Below are positions 24,701 to 37,189 of a stretch of DNA of 64,000 nucleotides, one piece after another. The first letter of the stretch is position 1. Each line of letters opens with the position of its first letter. Position numbers and translations under genes: made by a program. The notes under the pieces were generated by a model, which was not told the DNA's origin, did not search any database, and was given only the letters and a program-made list of their open reading frames with translations. Location: positions 806,001 through 870,000 of the forward strand of contig NC_058369.1 in the NCBI RefSeq assembly GCF_018350175.1, in the 5' to 3' direction. Source of the stretch: Felis catus. Taxonomy: Eukaryota.

Positions 24701-27700
24701 CAGCTGGGTGGAGGTGCATGGTGACCTGGGCCCTGCCTCTCTGTCCGATGTGGGGGGCCTTCCCTCCGCCGACTCCATAAAGCGGCCCCAGGTGTGGAAG
24801 GGCCACCCTGGGGTGGGGTGTGTGCCGAGGCTGGCAGGGCCAGAACGTGGGTGGGGACAGCTGTCCTGTGTGTTGGGATGGCACCCTAGACTTAGAGGTA
24901 GGAGGTCACCCACGGGAGTACCCCGTGAGGACGACAGTCAACTTGGCCCTCCTCAACCGGGGGCGCCCCAGTGCCCTCCCCAGGTGTGTGCCACTGCCCA
25001 CAGGAAGACGCAGGGTGAGGGTGTCGGGGGTGAGCAAGTGACGGTCCTGGGCTGGGGTCACAAGACGCTCGCTGTGTCTGGGCGGCCCACCGGGGGTTCA
25101 GGGACTGGCTGGGGCCAGGTGAGCCGGGCGTGGTTCACCGCCCCCCTTGACCCCCGTCCGCTGCCCCTCGTAGGTGGAGGTGGTCTTCTGGCTGCTGTCC
25201 ATGCTGGCAACGCGTGACCAGGAGGACACGGCGCGCACCCTGCTGGCCATGTCCAGCTCGCCGGAGAGCTGCGTGGCCATGCGCCGCTCGGGGTGCCTGC
25301 CGCTGCTGCTGCAGATCCTGCACGGCACCGAGGCCGGCGCTGGGGGTCGCGACGGAAGCNNNNNNNNNNNNNNNNNNNNNNNNNNNNNNNNNNNNNNNNN
25401 NNNNNNNNNNNNNNNNNNNNNNNNNNNNNNNNNNNNNNNNNNNNNNNNNNNNNNNNNNNNNNNNNNNNNNNNNNNNNNNNNNNNNNNNNNNNNNNNNNNN
25501 NNNNNNNNNNNNNNNNNNNNNNNNNNNNNNNNNNNNNNNGAGGGAGGCGGCGCCAGCGGCGGTGAGCCAGCGACGGGGGCCGCCGCCGGGCCCCTTCTCG
25601 GTGGCCTGCGCCGGCGAGGCTTGTGGGAACGTTGTCTTGGCGGATGGGCACAGGGGTGGCCCCCGACACCTGATGACACGGGTGGGTGCTCAGGGAACCG
25701 CCGCCGAATGCAGGGATAGGTCGTGGGTCCCCAGAGAACAGAGTGTGAGGTTCCCGGTGTTTGCAGCTGATTGCAGTTACCTTATGACAAAAGCCGCAGG
25801 CGTCACCTCCCCTCCCTTGGCCGTCCTGGCTGAGGCGGCACCCCCTGCGTGGGTTGGCGGGAGGCGTGGGAAGGAGCCCCACCGCTCTGCGAGCCCGGCG
25901 TGCAGCCCTTTGAAAACGCCTGGGGTCTCCGCAGGGATGCAGAAGGCGGGGCGGGGCGGGCACCCACCGGCAGTGGGAGGGCGCTGACCTGGTCCCCTGG
26001 CCCACAGCTCCCGTCCCCATCGAGCCCCAGATCTGCCAGGCCACCTGTGCCGTGATGAAGCTGTCTTTTGACGAGGAATACCGCCGAGCCATGAACGAGC
26101 TGGGTGAGTGCCCCCTCGCCTCCCGCAGGAGGGCCCGATGCCTCGGTGTTTCGTGGAGGGGCTGGGGACGGGGGGTGGGGGTGGGGGGCTCGACCTTGTG
26201 AAGTTTCAGGTTGGGGGGCGTTACGAGTATCCTCTTTTTCCATATAAAAGTCATCAAAACACGGAAAAAAGAAATAGCAAAGGCCAAACATCGCATCCAT
26301 ATGCTGAGTTTGGCTGTCAGAGTTACAAAACACACGGCTTCTCACCCAGCCGGTGGTCAGAGCGCCCCAAGGTTGGGTCGGGTCCCGTGTGGTTTGGCTG
26401 CGTGGAGGGGGGGGCACGTGGTGAGGGGCTTTGGCACCAGCGGGTTCTTCAGGAGTGTGCACACCTTTGGGGCACCCCTGCGCCCCGCGGCCGGATTGAC
26501 AAAGTAAGACACACAGAAATAGGAAGGCAGGCGGGCAGCAAGCAACCCGTGGGGACCCCCCCCGCCCCGATCCGGAAACGGCCTGTGTCCAACAGTAAGT
26601 CCTCGTGTCATCCGGGGAAAGCGGAGGAGGTGGTAAGGTCTCTTCTCTACACAATGCACGTGCACACACGTGCCCAGAATGCAGTGTAGACAGGAGAATG
26701 GAGTGGCCCTGGGCTCCACTTCCCCCAGCCGATGCCAGGCAGGAAAAGGATTTCCGTTTTCATTGTCTCCTTCTGACCGTGAACGTTTGTACTATGAACA
26801 GGTGGGATTTCATATAAAACTGGTTCTCAGAGTGTGGCCCACAGGGACCCCTGGGGGTTCCCGAGATCCTTCTCGGAGGTCCACAAGGTCGCAATTGTGT
26901 TTGCCTTTGCCACCCCTGTTTTTTCTCATGCGTGCGTGTGTTTGGCGGGGTTTCCAGATGCTCCTACTCTGAGGACTACTGGGCTGTACCTTCTGGGGTT
27001 TAAAAGGCTTCTTCTTTTTATTTTTTAATAAAAAAAAACGTTTTAAAGTGTTTATTTTTGAGAGAGAGACAGAGACAGAGACAGAGCGAGACAGAGACAG
27101 AGCGTGAGCAGGGGAGGGGCAGAGACAGGGAGACATGGAATCCGAAGCAGGCCCCAGGCTCTGGGCCGTCAGCACAGAACCCGACACAGGGCTCGAACCC
27201 ACAAACTGTGAGATCGTGACCTGAGCCAAAATCGGACCCTTAACCGACTGAGCTCCCCAGGCTCCCCAAACGCTTCATTTTAATTTCTAGCGTGGAACAG
27301 CTTTCACCCACAAGAACAGAATCTCTCTGGGGGTCCTCAGAAAAGTTCACAGGATGCAGGGGTCTGAGGCCAAAACACTTGCATGCCGCCGTTGTCCGCC
27401 GAGGCCCCCTAGCAGGGGGGTCCCCCACTCCCAGCACGAGCACCCCACCCACGGCCGAGTTCGCAGTCCTTTCTTCCTCCTCCTGTTTGCTTCTGTCCTG
27501 CGGGTTTCCAGCAGCGGAGAATTCCACGTTATGGAGCATTGAAGGCCTGAGAAGTGTCCCCTGTAATAACTTACAATTACGCATCACAAATTTTTTAGGG
27601 GCGTCAGGCCAGCTCCATTGGAAAGGCGCGTGACTCTTCATCTCAGGGTTGTGAGTTCGAGCCCCACATCGGGTGTGGAGCCTACTTAAGAAAGTTAAAT

Positions 27701-30700
27701 TGTGGTAACATACACACAGCCTAAAATTCACCATCGTAACCGTCTCTAAGCGCACAGCTCGGCGGCGTCAGGCACTCATGCTGTCCTGCACCCGCCCCCG
27801 CCACCCGTCTCCAGAACTTTCCATCTCCCCGGACCGAGACTCTGTCCCATGAAACACTGAGTCCCCACCCCTGGCTCCCACCGTCTACTCTCTCTGTCTC
27901 TGTGGACGGGACTCCTCTGGGGACCCCCTGTGCGTGGGGTCACGGGACGTGTCCTCCTGTGTCTGCCTTCTGTCACACAAGTAAACTCGGGCAGAATGTC
28001 TCCAAGGTGTGCCCACAAGGTGTGGCGCCAGGTGGCAGGGCTCCCGGTCACGGTTGAGCACCGCTGCCCCAGTGGCGGGACACACTGTGGTCTCGGGTTG
28101 GTCCCCTGGCGGACACCCGGGTTGTTGTGACCGTGGCGCGTGGCCTGTTGACGTCGGGGTGTTCAGGTGCACGCGGGCCGCTGACGTCCCCAGAGGGTGC
28201 CCGGCTGGCCTGCCCCGGGCCCGGGGATGAGCACGTTGCTTCCAGCACGTTTGCTGCGCGAAGAGGGAGAAGCTTCTTGAGTCTGTGCCGCGCCTGCCCC
28301 TTCTCTGCCTGCCGCCGTCTCTCCCGGGCCGGTCTTCCCAGGGCCGTCCGCCCGTCCCTACCCTGGGCACGCTGGCCCCCTGCCAGTGGCTCCTGGGCTC
28401 GCGCCGTGCAGACCCTGCCCTCAGTGGCTCCTGCTCTAATGGTCCTGAGGGAATTGTCACGTGGGGTGCTGGAGGGCGTCCTTGAGAAAGCTACGCCGTG
28501 ACTCCGGCGCTGGGAGTGCAGGCAGGAGCCTGGGCAAATAGGGAAGAGCGTTCGGGCGGAGGGAACAGCTGTGCGAAGGCCCGGTACTGGGGCAGAACCC
28601 TCGGAGCCGGCTGCACAGGTAGACCTGCCGAGGGCGGGGGTGGGGCGGGAAGGGGCTGAGGGCGTCAGGGCAGGGGGCGCTCACAGGCCGAGGTGATGGG
28701 GGGGGGGGGGGGGGGGGGGGGGGCAGAGGGCAGGTGGGCTGTGGGGGCGGGGGGCGGGGCTCACCACCTGTCCGGGCTGCACCGTGCCCCTTCCGCACCC
28801 CTGCAGGTGGGCTGCAGGCCGTGGCAGAGTTACTGCAAGTTGACTATGAGATGCACAGAATGACCCGGGACCCGCTGAACCTCGCCCTCCGTCGATACGC
28901 CGGCATGACCCTCACCAACCTCACCTTTGGAGACGTGGCCAACAAGGTGTCTGGGGCCGGCCAGAGGGCGGGCAGGGTCAGCGCGCTCCAGGCCCGGGCC
29001 TGCCTCGACCTCGTGCCAGCCTTGAAACGGTCCTGAGGGGGGAGACAGTTGTCCCCGACTTCCAGGCGGAGGCCCAGAAGGCTGGTGTCTGAACGTGGCC
29101 ACCGGGGCCGCCACGCTCGGGGCTGGGGGAGGCTGGGTGGCATTGGCGCCGCCCTGAGCCTCTTTCCTCCTTGGAGCCGCTGGGTGAGGAGGGGCGGGGC
29201 TCGGGCCCTTGCACACAGTAGGTCTACCTCTCGCTCCCCCCCCCCCCCCCCGCTGTGGCGCGACTTTCCTCTGTCACGTCAACAGGCCGCACTGTGTGCC
29301 CGCCGGGGCTGCATGGAGGCCATCGTGGCCCAGCTGGCTTCTGAGAGCGAGGAGCTGCACCAGGTGCGGGGGTGGGAGGCGGCGTGGCGGGGGGGGGGTG
29401 GGGGGAGGCCCACAGGGCGGCTCACCGCCCGAGGCCTTTCTGCCGGCCAAGTCCCCTCTCCTCTGGGTGTGACGGGGCTCCCGTGGTGGGCGCCCCCGCC
29501 TGGCGCAGGGGTGAGGACGCGATTGCGGCCGCCCGGGGAGCCGGGGCCCCAGGTCCACCGCGCCCGCTCCACCCCGCCCCAGGTTGTGTCCAGCATCCTG
29601 CGGAACCTGTCCTGGCGGGCCGACATCCACAGCAAGAAGGTGCTGCGGGAGGTGGGCAGCATGACCGCCCTGATGCGGTGCGTCCTTCGAGCCTCCAAGG
29701 TGGGCACGGGGACGGGGCGGGGACGCGTGCGTGGGGTGGGGGGGCGGGCGCGGGGGGGCGGGGACGCGCACGGGCGTGGGGTGGGCCCGGCCGGACCGAG
29801 CGCTGCCGAGCGGGTGGCCCAGCCGTGGGGCCGCCGGCCGCGCGTCTCAGAACCCCGTGACGGTCAACGTGATTGCTTCTGGCTCACACTCGAAGCGTGT
29901 CTGGGTGCCAGCGTTGGGTCCGCAGCTCGATGGGGTGGGGGAGAGGCGGGTGCGCCGGCTCCCTGGGCCCCCGCCGCTCACCCCCCACCCCCGCCCCGCT
30001 CGGCGCCCAGGAGTCCACCCTGAAGAGTGTGCTCAGCGCCCTGTGGAACCTGTCGGCGCACAGCACGGAGAACAAGGCGGCCATCTGCCAGGTGGACGGC
30101 GCCCTGGGCTTCCTGGTGAGGACACTGACCTACAAGTGCCAGAGCAACTCGCTGGCCGTCATCGAGAGTGGCGGCGGCATCCTGCGCAACGTGTCCAGCC
30201 TCATCGCCACGCGGGAGGACTACAGGTCGCCCCCCTCCCCCCGCCGGGGCTCTGGGACGGGTGGGGGGGGGCGCTGGGGGAAGCTGGGCCCCAGCTGGGC
30301 CCCAGGCGCAGACCGGGGTGGGGCTGGCAGATCCCACTCTGCTGGGAACGAGGACAAGCCCTGATTGTGCTGTGAATGAACGGTCCCGATTTGTCCCTGG
30401 AGACTAAGGTTTTTCTTTTTAACATAAGTATACCCCAAATTTTGTGTGGGGTGCACTCATATAATCAACGTTTAGTTAACTTATTAAAATGAAAACATGG
30501 GGGGGGCGCCTGGGTGGCGCAGTCGGTTAAGCGTCCGACTTCAGCCGGGTCACGATCTCGCGGTCCGGGAGTTCGAGCCCCGCGTCGGGCTCTGGGCTGA
30601 TGGCTCAGAGCCTGGAGCCTGTTTCCGATTCTGTGTCTCCCTCTCTCTCTGACCCTCCCCCGTTCATGCTCTGTCTCTCTCTGTCCCAAAAATAAACGTT

Positions 30701-33700
30701 GAAAAAAAAAAATTAAAAAAAAAATGAAAACATGGGGGCGCCTGGGTGGCTCAGTCATTTAAGCGTCTGACTCTTAATCTGGGCTCAGGTCATGATCTCA
30801 CAGTTCGGGAAACCGAGCCCCACATCGGGCTCTGTGCTGAGCACGGCGCCTGCTTGGGGTTCCCCGTCTCTCTCTGCCCCTTCCCTGTGCGCACACATAC
30901 AGGTGCTCTCTCAAAATAAACATTTCAAACTAAAATAAAAATAAAACGTATTATTTTTCAGATAATGTTAATAAATACTTGTTCTCTATTACAATCTTTA
31001 CTAAGTAATATTAAAACCTGTTTTTAAAATACTTATTAATTTTGCAAGAGACAGAAAGTGCAAGCAGGGGAGAGGCAGAGAGGGAGAGAGACCGCATTCC
31101 AAGCAAGCTCCGCACCGACAGGGCACAGCCCAACGTGGGACTCAAACCCACGAATATGAGACCATGACCCAAGCTGAGAGCAAGACCCGGATGCTTAACC
31201 GACTGAGCCACACAGGCGCCCCGATGCTTGTTCTTTATAAAAATAAAGTATTGTTTATTGGATGATAATCAGTAACGTTTTTAATGTAAGAAAACACAAA
31301 ATATTTATTTTTAATATAAGTATATCCCAAATATTGCATGGGCTCTACTTGTGCTAAAGATTTTATTTATTAAATCAATAAAACACTTATTTACTAGGTA
31401 ATACTAATCATTAACAATGCTTAGGGGTTTTTTTTCTTAAAAGATTTTAATTTTAAGTAGTCTCTACACCCGGTATGAGGCTCAAACTCACCACGCTGAG
31501 CCAGCCAGGCACTCTAATACTTTTAAAAACAGATAAAACTTATCTTCAGCATCAGTATACCCCAAATATCATGAGATGTAGTTGTGCTAAAATGAGGTAA
31601 AGTCAAACTGAAGTTCACTTTAAAAAAAGTATTTTTTTAAATGTCTACTTATTTATTTTTTAAATGTTATTTTTTTTTAATGTTTATTCATTTTTGAAAG
31701 AGAGAGAGAGCACAGGCAGGGGTGGGGCAGAGAGAGAGTGGGGGACACAGAATCCGAAGCAGGCCCCAGGCTCTGAGCTGTCAGCACAGAGCCCGATGTG
31801 GGGCTCGAACCCACGAACTGTGAGACCATGACCCAAGCTGAAGTCGGATGCTTAACCGACTGGGCCACCCGGGGGCCCCTCTATTTATTTATTTTGAGGG
31901 AGTGCATGTGAGTGGGGAGAGGCAGAGAGAGAGAATCCCAAGAAGGCTCCGTGCTACCAGCGCAGAGCCCGACCCTGGGTTCGAACGCATGAAACGTGAG
32001 ATCGTGACCCGAGCCAAAATCAACCGTCGGACACCTAACTGACCGAGCCCCCCTGCGCCCCTAGAAGAAAGTATTATCATTTCACTATGTGATGTCGCAC
32101 CACGTATTTATGCGGTGTTCTGAAACGCAAAGTCGCCTGGGGAGCCCCGGACTCGTATTTGCGGGGGCGGGGGTGGGGGCGGGGGTGGGGGGCGGGCGCT
32201 GGGCGCAGGCCTGACGCCCCCTCGTGCCGCAGGCAGGTGCTGCGGGACCACAACTGTCTGCAGACGCTGCTGCAGCACCTGACGTCCCACAGCCTGACCA
32301 TCGTGAGCAACGCGTGCGGCACGCTCTGGAACCTGTCGGCCCGCAGCCCGCGCGACCAGGAGCTGCTGTGGGACCTGGGGGCCGTGGGCATGCTGCGGAA
32401 CCTGGTGCACTCCAAGCACAAGATGATCGCCATGGGCAGCGCCGCGGCCCTGCGCAACCTGCTGGCCCACCGGCCCGCCAAGTACCAGGCGACGGCCACC
32501 GCCGTGTCCCCCGGCGCGTGCGCACCCAGTCTGTACGTGAGGAAGCAGCGGGCGCTGGAGGCCGAGCTGGACACGCGACATCTGGCCCAGGCGCTCGACC
32601 ACCTGGAGAAGCAGGGCCTGCCCGAGGCCGAGGCCGAGGCCGCCTCCAAGAAGCCGCTGCCGCCCCTGCGGCACCTGGACGGGCTGGCCCGGGACTACGC
32701 CTCCGACTCCGGCTGCTTCGACGACGACGAGGCGCCCTCCCTGGCCGCCGCCGCCTCGACCGCCGAGCCCGCCAGCCCCGCCGTGCTGTCCCTCTTCCTG
32801 GGCAGCCCCTTCCTGCAGGGACAGGCTCTGGCCCGCGCCCCGCCCGCCCGCCGCAGCGGCCCGGAGGCGGAGAAGGAGGCCGGCGGGGAGGCGGCCGTGG
32901 CGGCCAGGGCCAAGGCCAAGCTGGCGCTGGCGGTGGCGCGGATCGACCGGCTGGTGGAGGACATCTCAGCCCTGCACACCTCGTCCGACGACAGCTTCAG
33001 CCTCAGCTCCGGGGACCCCGGGCAGGAGGCCCCGCGGGAGGGCCGCGCCCAGTCCTGCTCCCCTTGCCGGCGGCCGGAGGGCAGGCGGCAGGAGGCCGGC
33101 GGCCGGGCCCACCCGCTGCTTCGGCTCCAGGCCGCCCACGCCAGTCTGTCCAACGACAGCCTCGACAGCGGCAGCAGCGCCGGTGACGGGCGCTGCCCCC
33201 GCGAGCACACGAGGCCCTGCCCGCTGGCCGTGCTGGCCGAGCACCACGAGGGGGCCCCGTGCAGCCAGGCGCGGCCCAGCCGGCTGGACCTCAGCCCGCT
33301 GGGCGGCCGGGAGCCGGCCGGGAGGGACGGCTCTGCGGCCGACGCCTGCGTGCGCACCATCAAGCTCTCGCCCACCTACCAGCACGTGCCCACGCTCTTC
33401 GAGGGCCACCCCAGGGCGGGGGCGGGGCCCCTGGCCGCCGGGGCCCGGAAGCAGGCCTGGCTGCCCACGGAGGGCCTGAGCCAGCTGCCCGAGAAGCCGG
33501 CGGCAGAGACGGCGCCCCTCCGCCTGTCCCGCTGCAGCTCTCTGTCCTCGCTGTCCTCGGCCGGCCGCCCCGGCCCCAGTGAGGCCGGGGACCTGGACAG
33601 CGACTCGTCCCTGGAGGCACTGGAGGAGGCGGGACCCGGCAAGGCGGACCTGGACGGAGCCTGGCTCGGGCCTGGGGCCGCCTCCCTGCCCGTGGCCATC

Positions 33701-35801
33701 CCGGCGCCGCACCGGGGCCGCGGCCTGGGGGCGGAGGACACCACGCCGTCTAGCTCCTCCGAGAACTGCGTGCAGGAGACGCCGCTGGTGCTGAGCCGCT
33801 GCAGCTCCGTGAGCTCCCTGAGCAGTTTCGAGAGCCCGTCCATCGCCAGCTCCGTCCCCAGCGACCCGTGCAGCGGGCTGGGCAGCGGCACGGTCAGCCC
33901 CAGCGAGCTGCCCGACAGCCCCGGGCAGACCATGCCGCCCAGCCGCAGCAAGACGCCCCCGCTGGCCCCTGCGCCCCCCGGCGAGCGCGAGAGCACCCAG
34001 TTCAGCTTGCAGTGGGAGAGCTACGTGAAGCGATTCCTGGACATCGCCGACCGCCGGGAGCGCTGCCGGCTGCCGTCGGAGCTCGACGCCGGCAGCGTCC
34101 GCTTCACGGTGGAGAAGCCGGACGAGAACTTCTCGTGCGCCTCGAGCCTCAGCGCGCTGGCCCTGCACGAGCACTACGTGCAGAAGGATGTGGAGCTGCG
34201 GCTGCTGCCCCCCGCCTGCCCGGATCGCGGCGGCGGCCCCGGCCCCGGCCCCGGCCCCGGCCCGCACCTCGCGGGGCACCGCCGGCGGGACGAGGCCGCT
34301 GGGTGCCTGGAGGGGCCGGCAGCCGCCGACCAGGAGCTGCAGCTGCTGCGCGAGTGCCTGGGGGCAGCCGTGCCCGCCCGGCTCCGCAAGGTGGCCTCGG
34401 CCCTGGTGCCCGGCCGCCGCGCGCTGCCCGTGCCCGTGTACATGCTGGTGCCCGCCCCCGCCCGAGGGGACGACTCATGCACCGACTCAGCCGAGGGCAC
34501 GCCGGTCACCTTCTCCAGTGCCACCTCGCTCAGCGACGAGACGCTGCAGGGACCTCCCAGGGACCCACCCGCCGGGCAGGCAGCCGGCCGGAAGACCGCA
34601 GGTCGGGAGGCCGCCGCCAGGCAGGCCACCGGGCACCGCCACGGGGCGTGGGGCGGGGGCCGGAGCGCAGAGCAGGCCCGGGGGGCGGGCACGAGCCGGG
34701 TGGGGCTGGAGCTGCCCCTCCGCCAGCCCTCGAGCGCCTGCACGGACAGGGACGGCCCCCGCCCGGGCCAGGCACGTGGGGACGGGGCACCGCAGTCGCT
34801 GTGCCTCACGACGCCCACCGAGGAGGCCGTGTACTGCTTCTACGACAACGACTCCGATGAAGAGCCGTCCGAGGCGGTGGCGCCCCCGCGGCGGGCGTCC
34901 GCCATCCCCCGTGCCGTGAAGAGAGAGCACCCGGCCGGCAGGAAGGACGCACAGGCCACACCCAAGGCCGCAGCCAAGGCCCTGCCCGCTGCCCGCGCCC
35001 AGCCCAGCCTCATCGCCGACGAGACCCCGCCATGCTATTCCCTGAGCTCCTCCGCCAGCTCCCTCAGCGAGCCTGAGCCCCCTGAGCAGCCGGCCACCCG
35101 GCCCCGTGCTCCCGAGCCGGCCGTCGCCAAAGTCGTGGGCCCGGGGGGCGGGTGCAGCGGCGCCCCCAGCCCGCGGGCGGGGACGGGGACGGGGCCGGGG
35201 CCGCTCCGGCGCTGTGTCGGGTCAGCCGTGCCCGGGCGCCGGCTCCAGGCGTCAGGCCCGCGGCGCCGCAAGCCCCAGGCTGCCCGGCCAGACAAACGGC
35301 CAGCGGAGCGGCCCCAGGAGCGCGGTGACGAGGCGGCGGGCTCAGACCAGGCCTCCGACCTGGACAGCGTCGAGTGGCGCGCCATCCAAGAGGGCGCCAA
35401 CTCCATCGTCACGTGGCTGCACCAGGCGGCGGCCGCGGCCACCCACGAGGCCTCATCTGGCTCTGACTCCATCCTGTCGGAGTCCGGGCTGTCAGGCTCC
35501 ACCCTGCAGCCGCCGGTGCACAGGAAGGGACAGCGGCTGCAGGCGGGCAGTGCCGCGAGGCCGAGGCCGGAGAAGCGGGACTCAACCCTGGCCCAGCACG
35601 GCCCCAGTGGCCCCGAGAAGCTGCGTGGTGCTCAGAAGACGGCGTGCAGGGTGCCGGCCGTGCTCCGGGGACGGACCGTGATCTATGTGCCCAGCCCGGC
35701 CCCCCGGGCACAGCCCAGAGGCAACCCCGGCACCCGTGTGGCACCGAGGAAGGTGGGAGCCCCTGCGCAGCCCGCAGCCCCGGCCAAAGCCCCCAGCCCC
35801 G

Positions 35802-35844
<43 letters not shown>

Positions 35845-37189
35845 GTCTCGAAGCCTACACCGGCCGGGCAAGATCTCGGAGCTGGCGGCACTGAGCCCCC
35901 CCCAGCGGAGCGCCACGCCGCCCGCCCGCCTGGCGAAGGCCCCCTCGTCCGGCTCCTCCCCGGCCTCCCCGGCCTCCCAGGCCCCGCCCAGGAGGCCGCC
36001 CTCGGGCCCCCAGGCTGCGGGGCCCCTACCTGGTCCCGGGGCGTCTCTGGCGCCCCAGACGCCCGCGCGGGCCCTACTGTCCAAGCAGCACAAGACGCAG
36101 AAGTCACCCGTGCGGATCCCCTTCATGCAGAGGCCCGCCAGGCGGGGGCCGCCAGCCCTGGCCCGGGCAGCCCCGGAGCCGGGCCCCAGGGGCCGGGCAG
36201 GAGCCGAGGGAAGCCCGGGCGCCCGAGGGGGCCGCCTGGGCCTGGTGCGCGTGGCCTCCGCCCGCTCCAGTGGCAGCGAGTCCTCCGACCGCTCAGGTTT
36301 CCGGCGGCAGCTGACCTTCGTCAAGGAGTCCGCGGGCCTGCCGCGCCGCCGCCGCTCAGAGGTGGCCGCGCCCGAGGCCGCGCCCTCCGCCTCCCAGGGC
36401 GGCTCCCCCCGGCGCGGTCGGCCCGCCCTGCCCGCGGTCTTCCTGTGCTCCTCGCGCTGCGACGAGCTGCGGGCGGCCCCCCGACGACCCCCTGCAGCCA
36501 GGCCCGGCCCCGGCGAGCGGCCGGCGCGGCGCCCCAGCTCCGAAAGCCCGTCCCGCCTGCCCGTCCGCACGCCGGCCGCCCGGCCCGAGGCCGTCAAGCG
36601 CTACGCCTCCCTGCCGCACATCAGCGCGCTGCCGGGGCCCGCGGCCGACGCCGCCCGCCGCAGCAGCGACGGGGAGGCCCGGCCGCTCCCGAGGGTGGCG
36701 GCCCCGGGCACCACGTGGCGTCGCATCCGGGACGAGGACGTTCCGCACATCCTTCGGAGCACGCTGCCCGCCACCGCCCTGCCCCTGGTGGGCGCCTCCC
36801 CCGAGGAGGGCCCCGGCGGGCCCCCGCAGCGCAAGACCAGCGACGCCGTGGTTCAGACCGAGGACTTCGTTGCCGCCAAGACCAACTCCAGCACGTCTCC
36901 GAGCCTGGAGAGCAGGGGGCCCTCCCAGGCCCTGGGCGGCGGCCCCACATCCTTCCCTGGCAGCGATGTGGATGGGCCCTGCCCCCCCAAGGCGCCCACC
37001 TCTGCCCCCTTCGTCCATGAGGGCCTGGGGGTGGCCGTGGGAGGCTTTCCCACCAGCCGGCACGGCTCCCCCAGCCGCGCGGCCCGCGTGCCCCCCTTCA
37101 ACTATGTGCCCAGCCCCATGGTGGCAGCCGCCGCCGACTTGGCCGCAGAGAAAGCCCCCACCGCCGCCCCCGCCAGCCTTCTGGAATAG
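21794..37189 (+). CDS. APC2: Adenomatous polyposis coli protein 2 (about 2270 aa)
   Basis: Exons 21794-21934, 22074-22164, 22270-22450, 23420-23528, [exon 6 presumably inside gap 23593-23732], 24260-24337, 24538-24636, 25174-25561 (gap inside), 26008-26103, 28807-28946, 29286-29363, 29583-29699, 30011-30225, 32233-37189. N-terminal coiled coil (MTSSVAPYEQLVRQVEALKAEN), armadillo repeats, 20-aa repeats (ETPLVLSRCSSVSSL, EKPDENFSCASSLSAL), SAMP-like LLRECLGAAVP, basic region. Confidence 0.96.
27018..27267 (-). mobile_element. CAN-SINE (SINEC_Fc-like)
   Basis: T tail, (GAGACA)n, GGCTCGAACCCAC, ...ACCGACTGAGCTCCCCAGGCTCCCC. Confidence 0.88.
27597..27700 (+). mobile_element. Short old CAN-SINE
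   Basis: GACTCTTCATCTCAGGGTTGTGAGTTCGAGCCCCAC...CCTACTTAA. Confidence 0.65.
27700..28170 (-). mobile_element. L1M 3'-end fragment
   Basis: Same L1 segment as 9420-9930 (aaattcaccatc...ccagaactttccatctcccc...). Confidence 0.7.
30503..30720 (+). mobile_element. Young SINEC_Fc with perfect target-site duplication
   Basis: Near-consensus head GGGGCGCCTGGGTGGCGCAGTCGGTTAAGCG, CpGs intact, A tail; TSD AAAATGAAAACATGGGG at 30486-30502 and 30721-30737. Confidence 0.93.
30734..30945 (+). mobile_element. Older CAN-SINE
   Basis: GGGGCGCCTGGGTGGCTCAGTC head, CT body, A-rich tail. Confidence 0.85.
31020..31222 (-). mobile_element. CAN-SINE
   Basis: ...CTTAACCGACTGAGCCACACAGGCGCCCC. Confidence 0.85.
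31630..32061 (-). mobile_element. Two tandem CAN-SINEs (about 31630-31880 and 31884-32061)
   Basis: Two T-tail/GA-body/head units. Confidence 0.85.
32233..37189 (+). CDS. APC2: APC2 giant last exon (coding part)
   Basis: Uninterrupted ORF of about 1650 codons after the gccgcag| acceptor; ends ...APASLLE*. Confidence 0.97.
34235..34264 (+). repeat. (GGCCCC)4-5 coding hexamer repeat (Gly-Pro) in APC2
   Basis: GGCCCC x4 plus GGCCCG, encoding GPGPGPGPGP. Confidence 0.85.
35804..35842 (+). repeat. (CAG)13 coding microsatellite (polyQ) in APC2
   Basis: 13 uninterrupted CAG, in frame. Confidence 0.95.

Noticed and set aside
30503-30600. tRNA-like A/B boxes
   Set aside because: These are heads of tRNA-derived CAN-SINEs, not tRNA genes.
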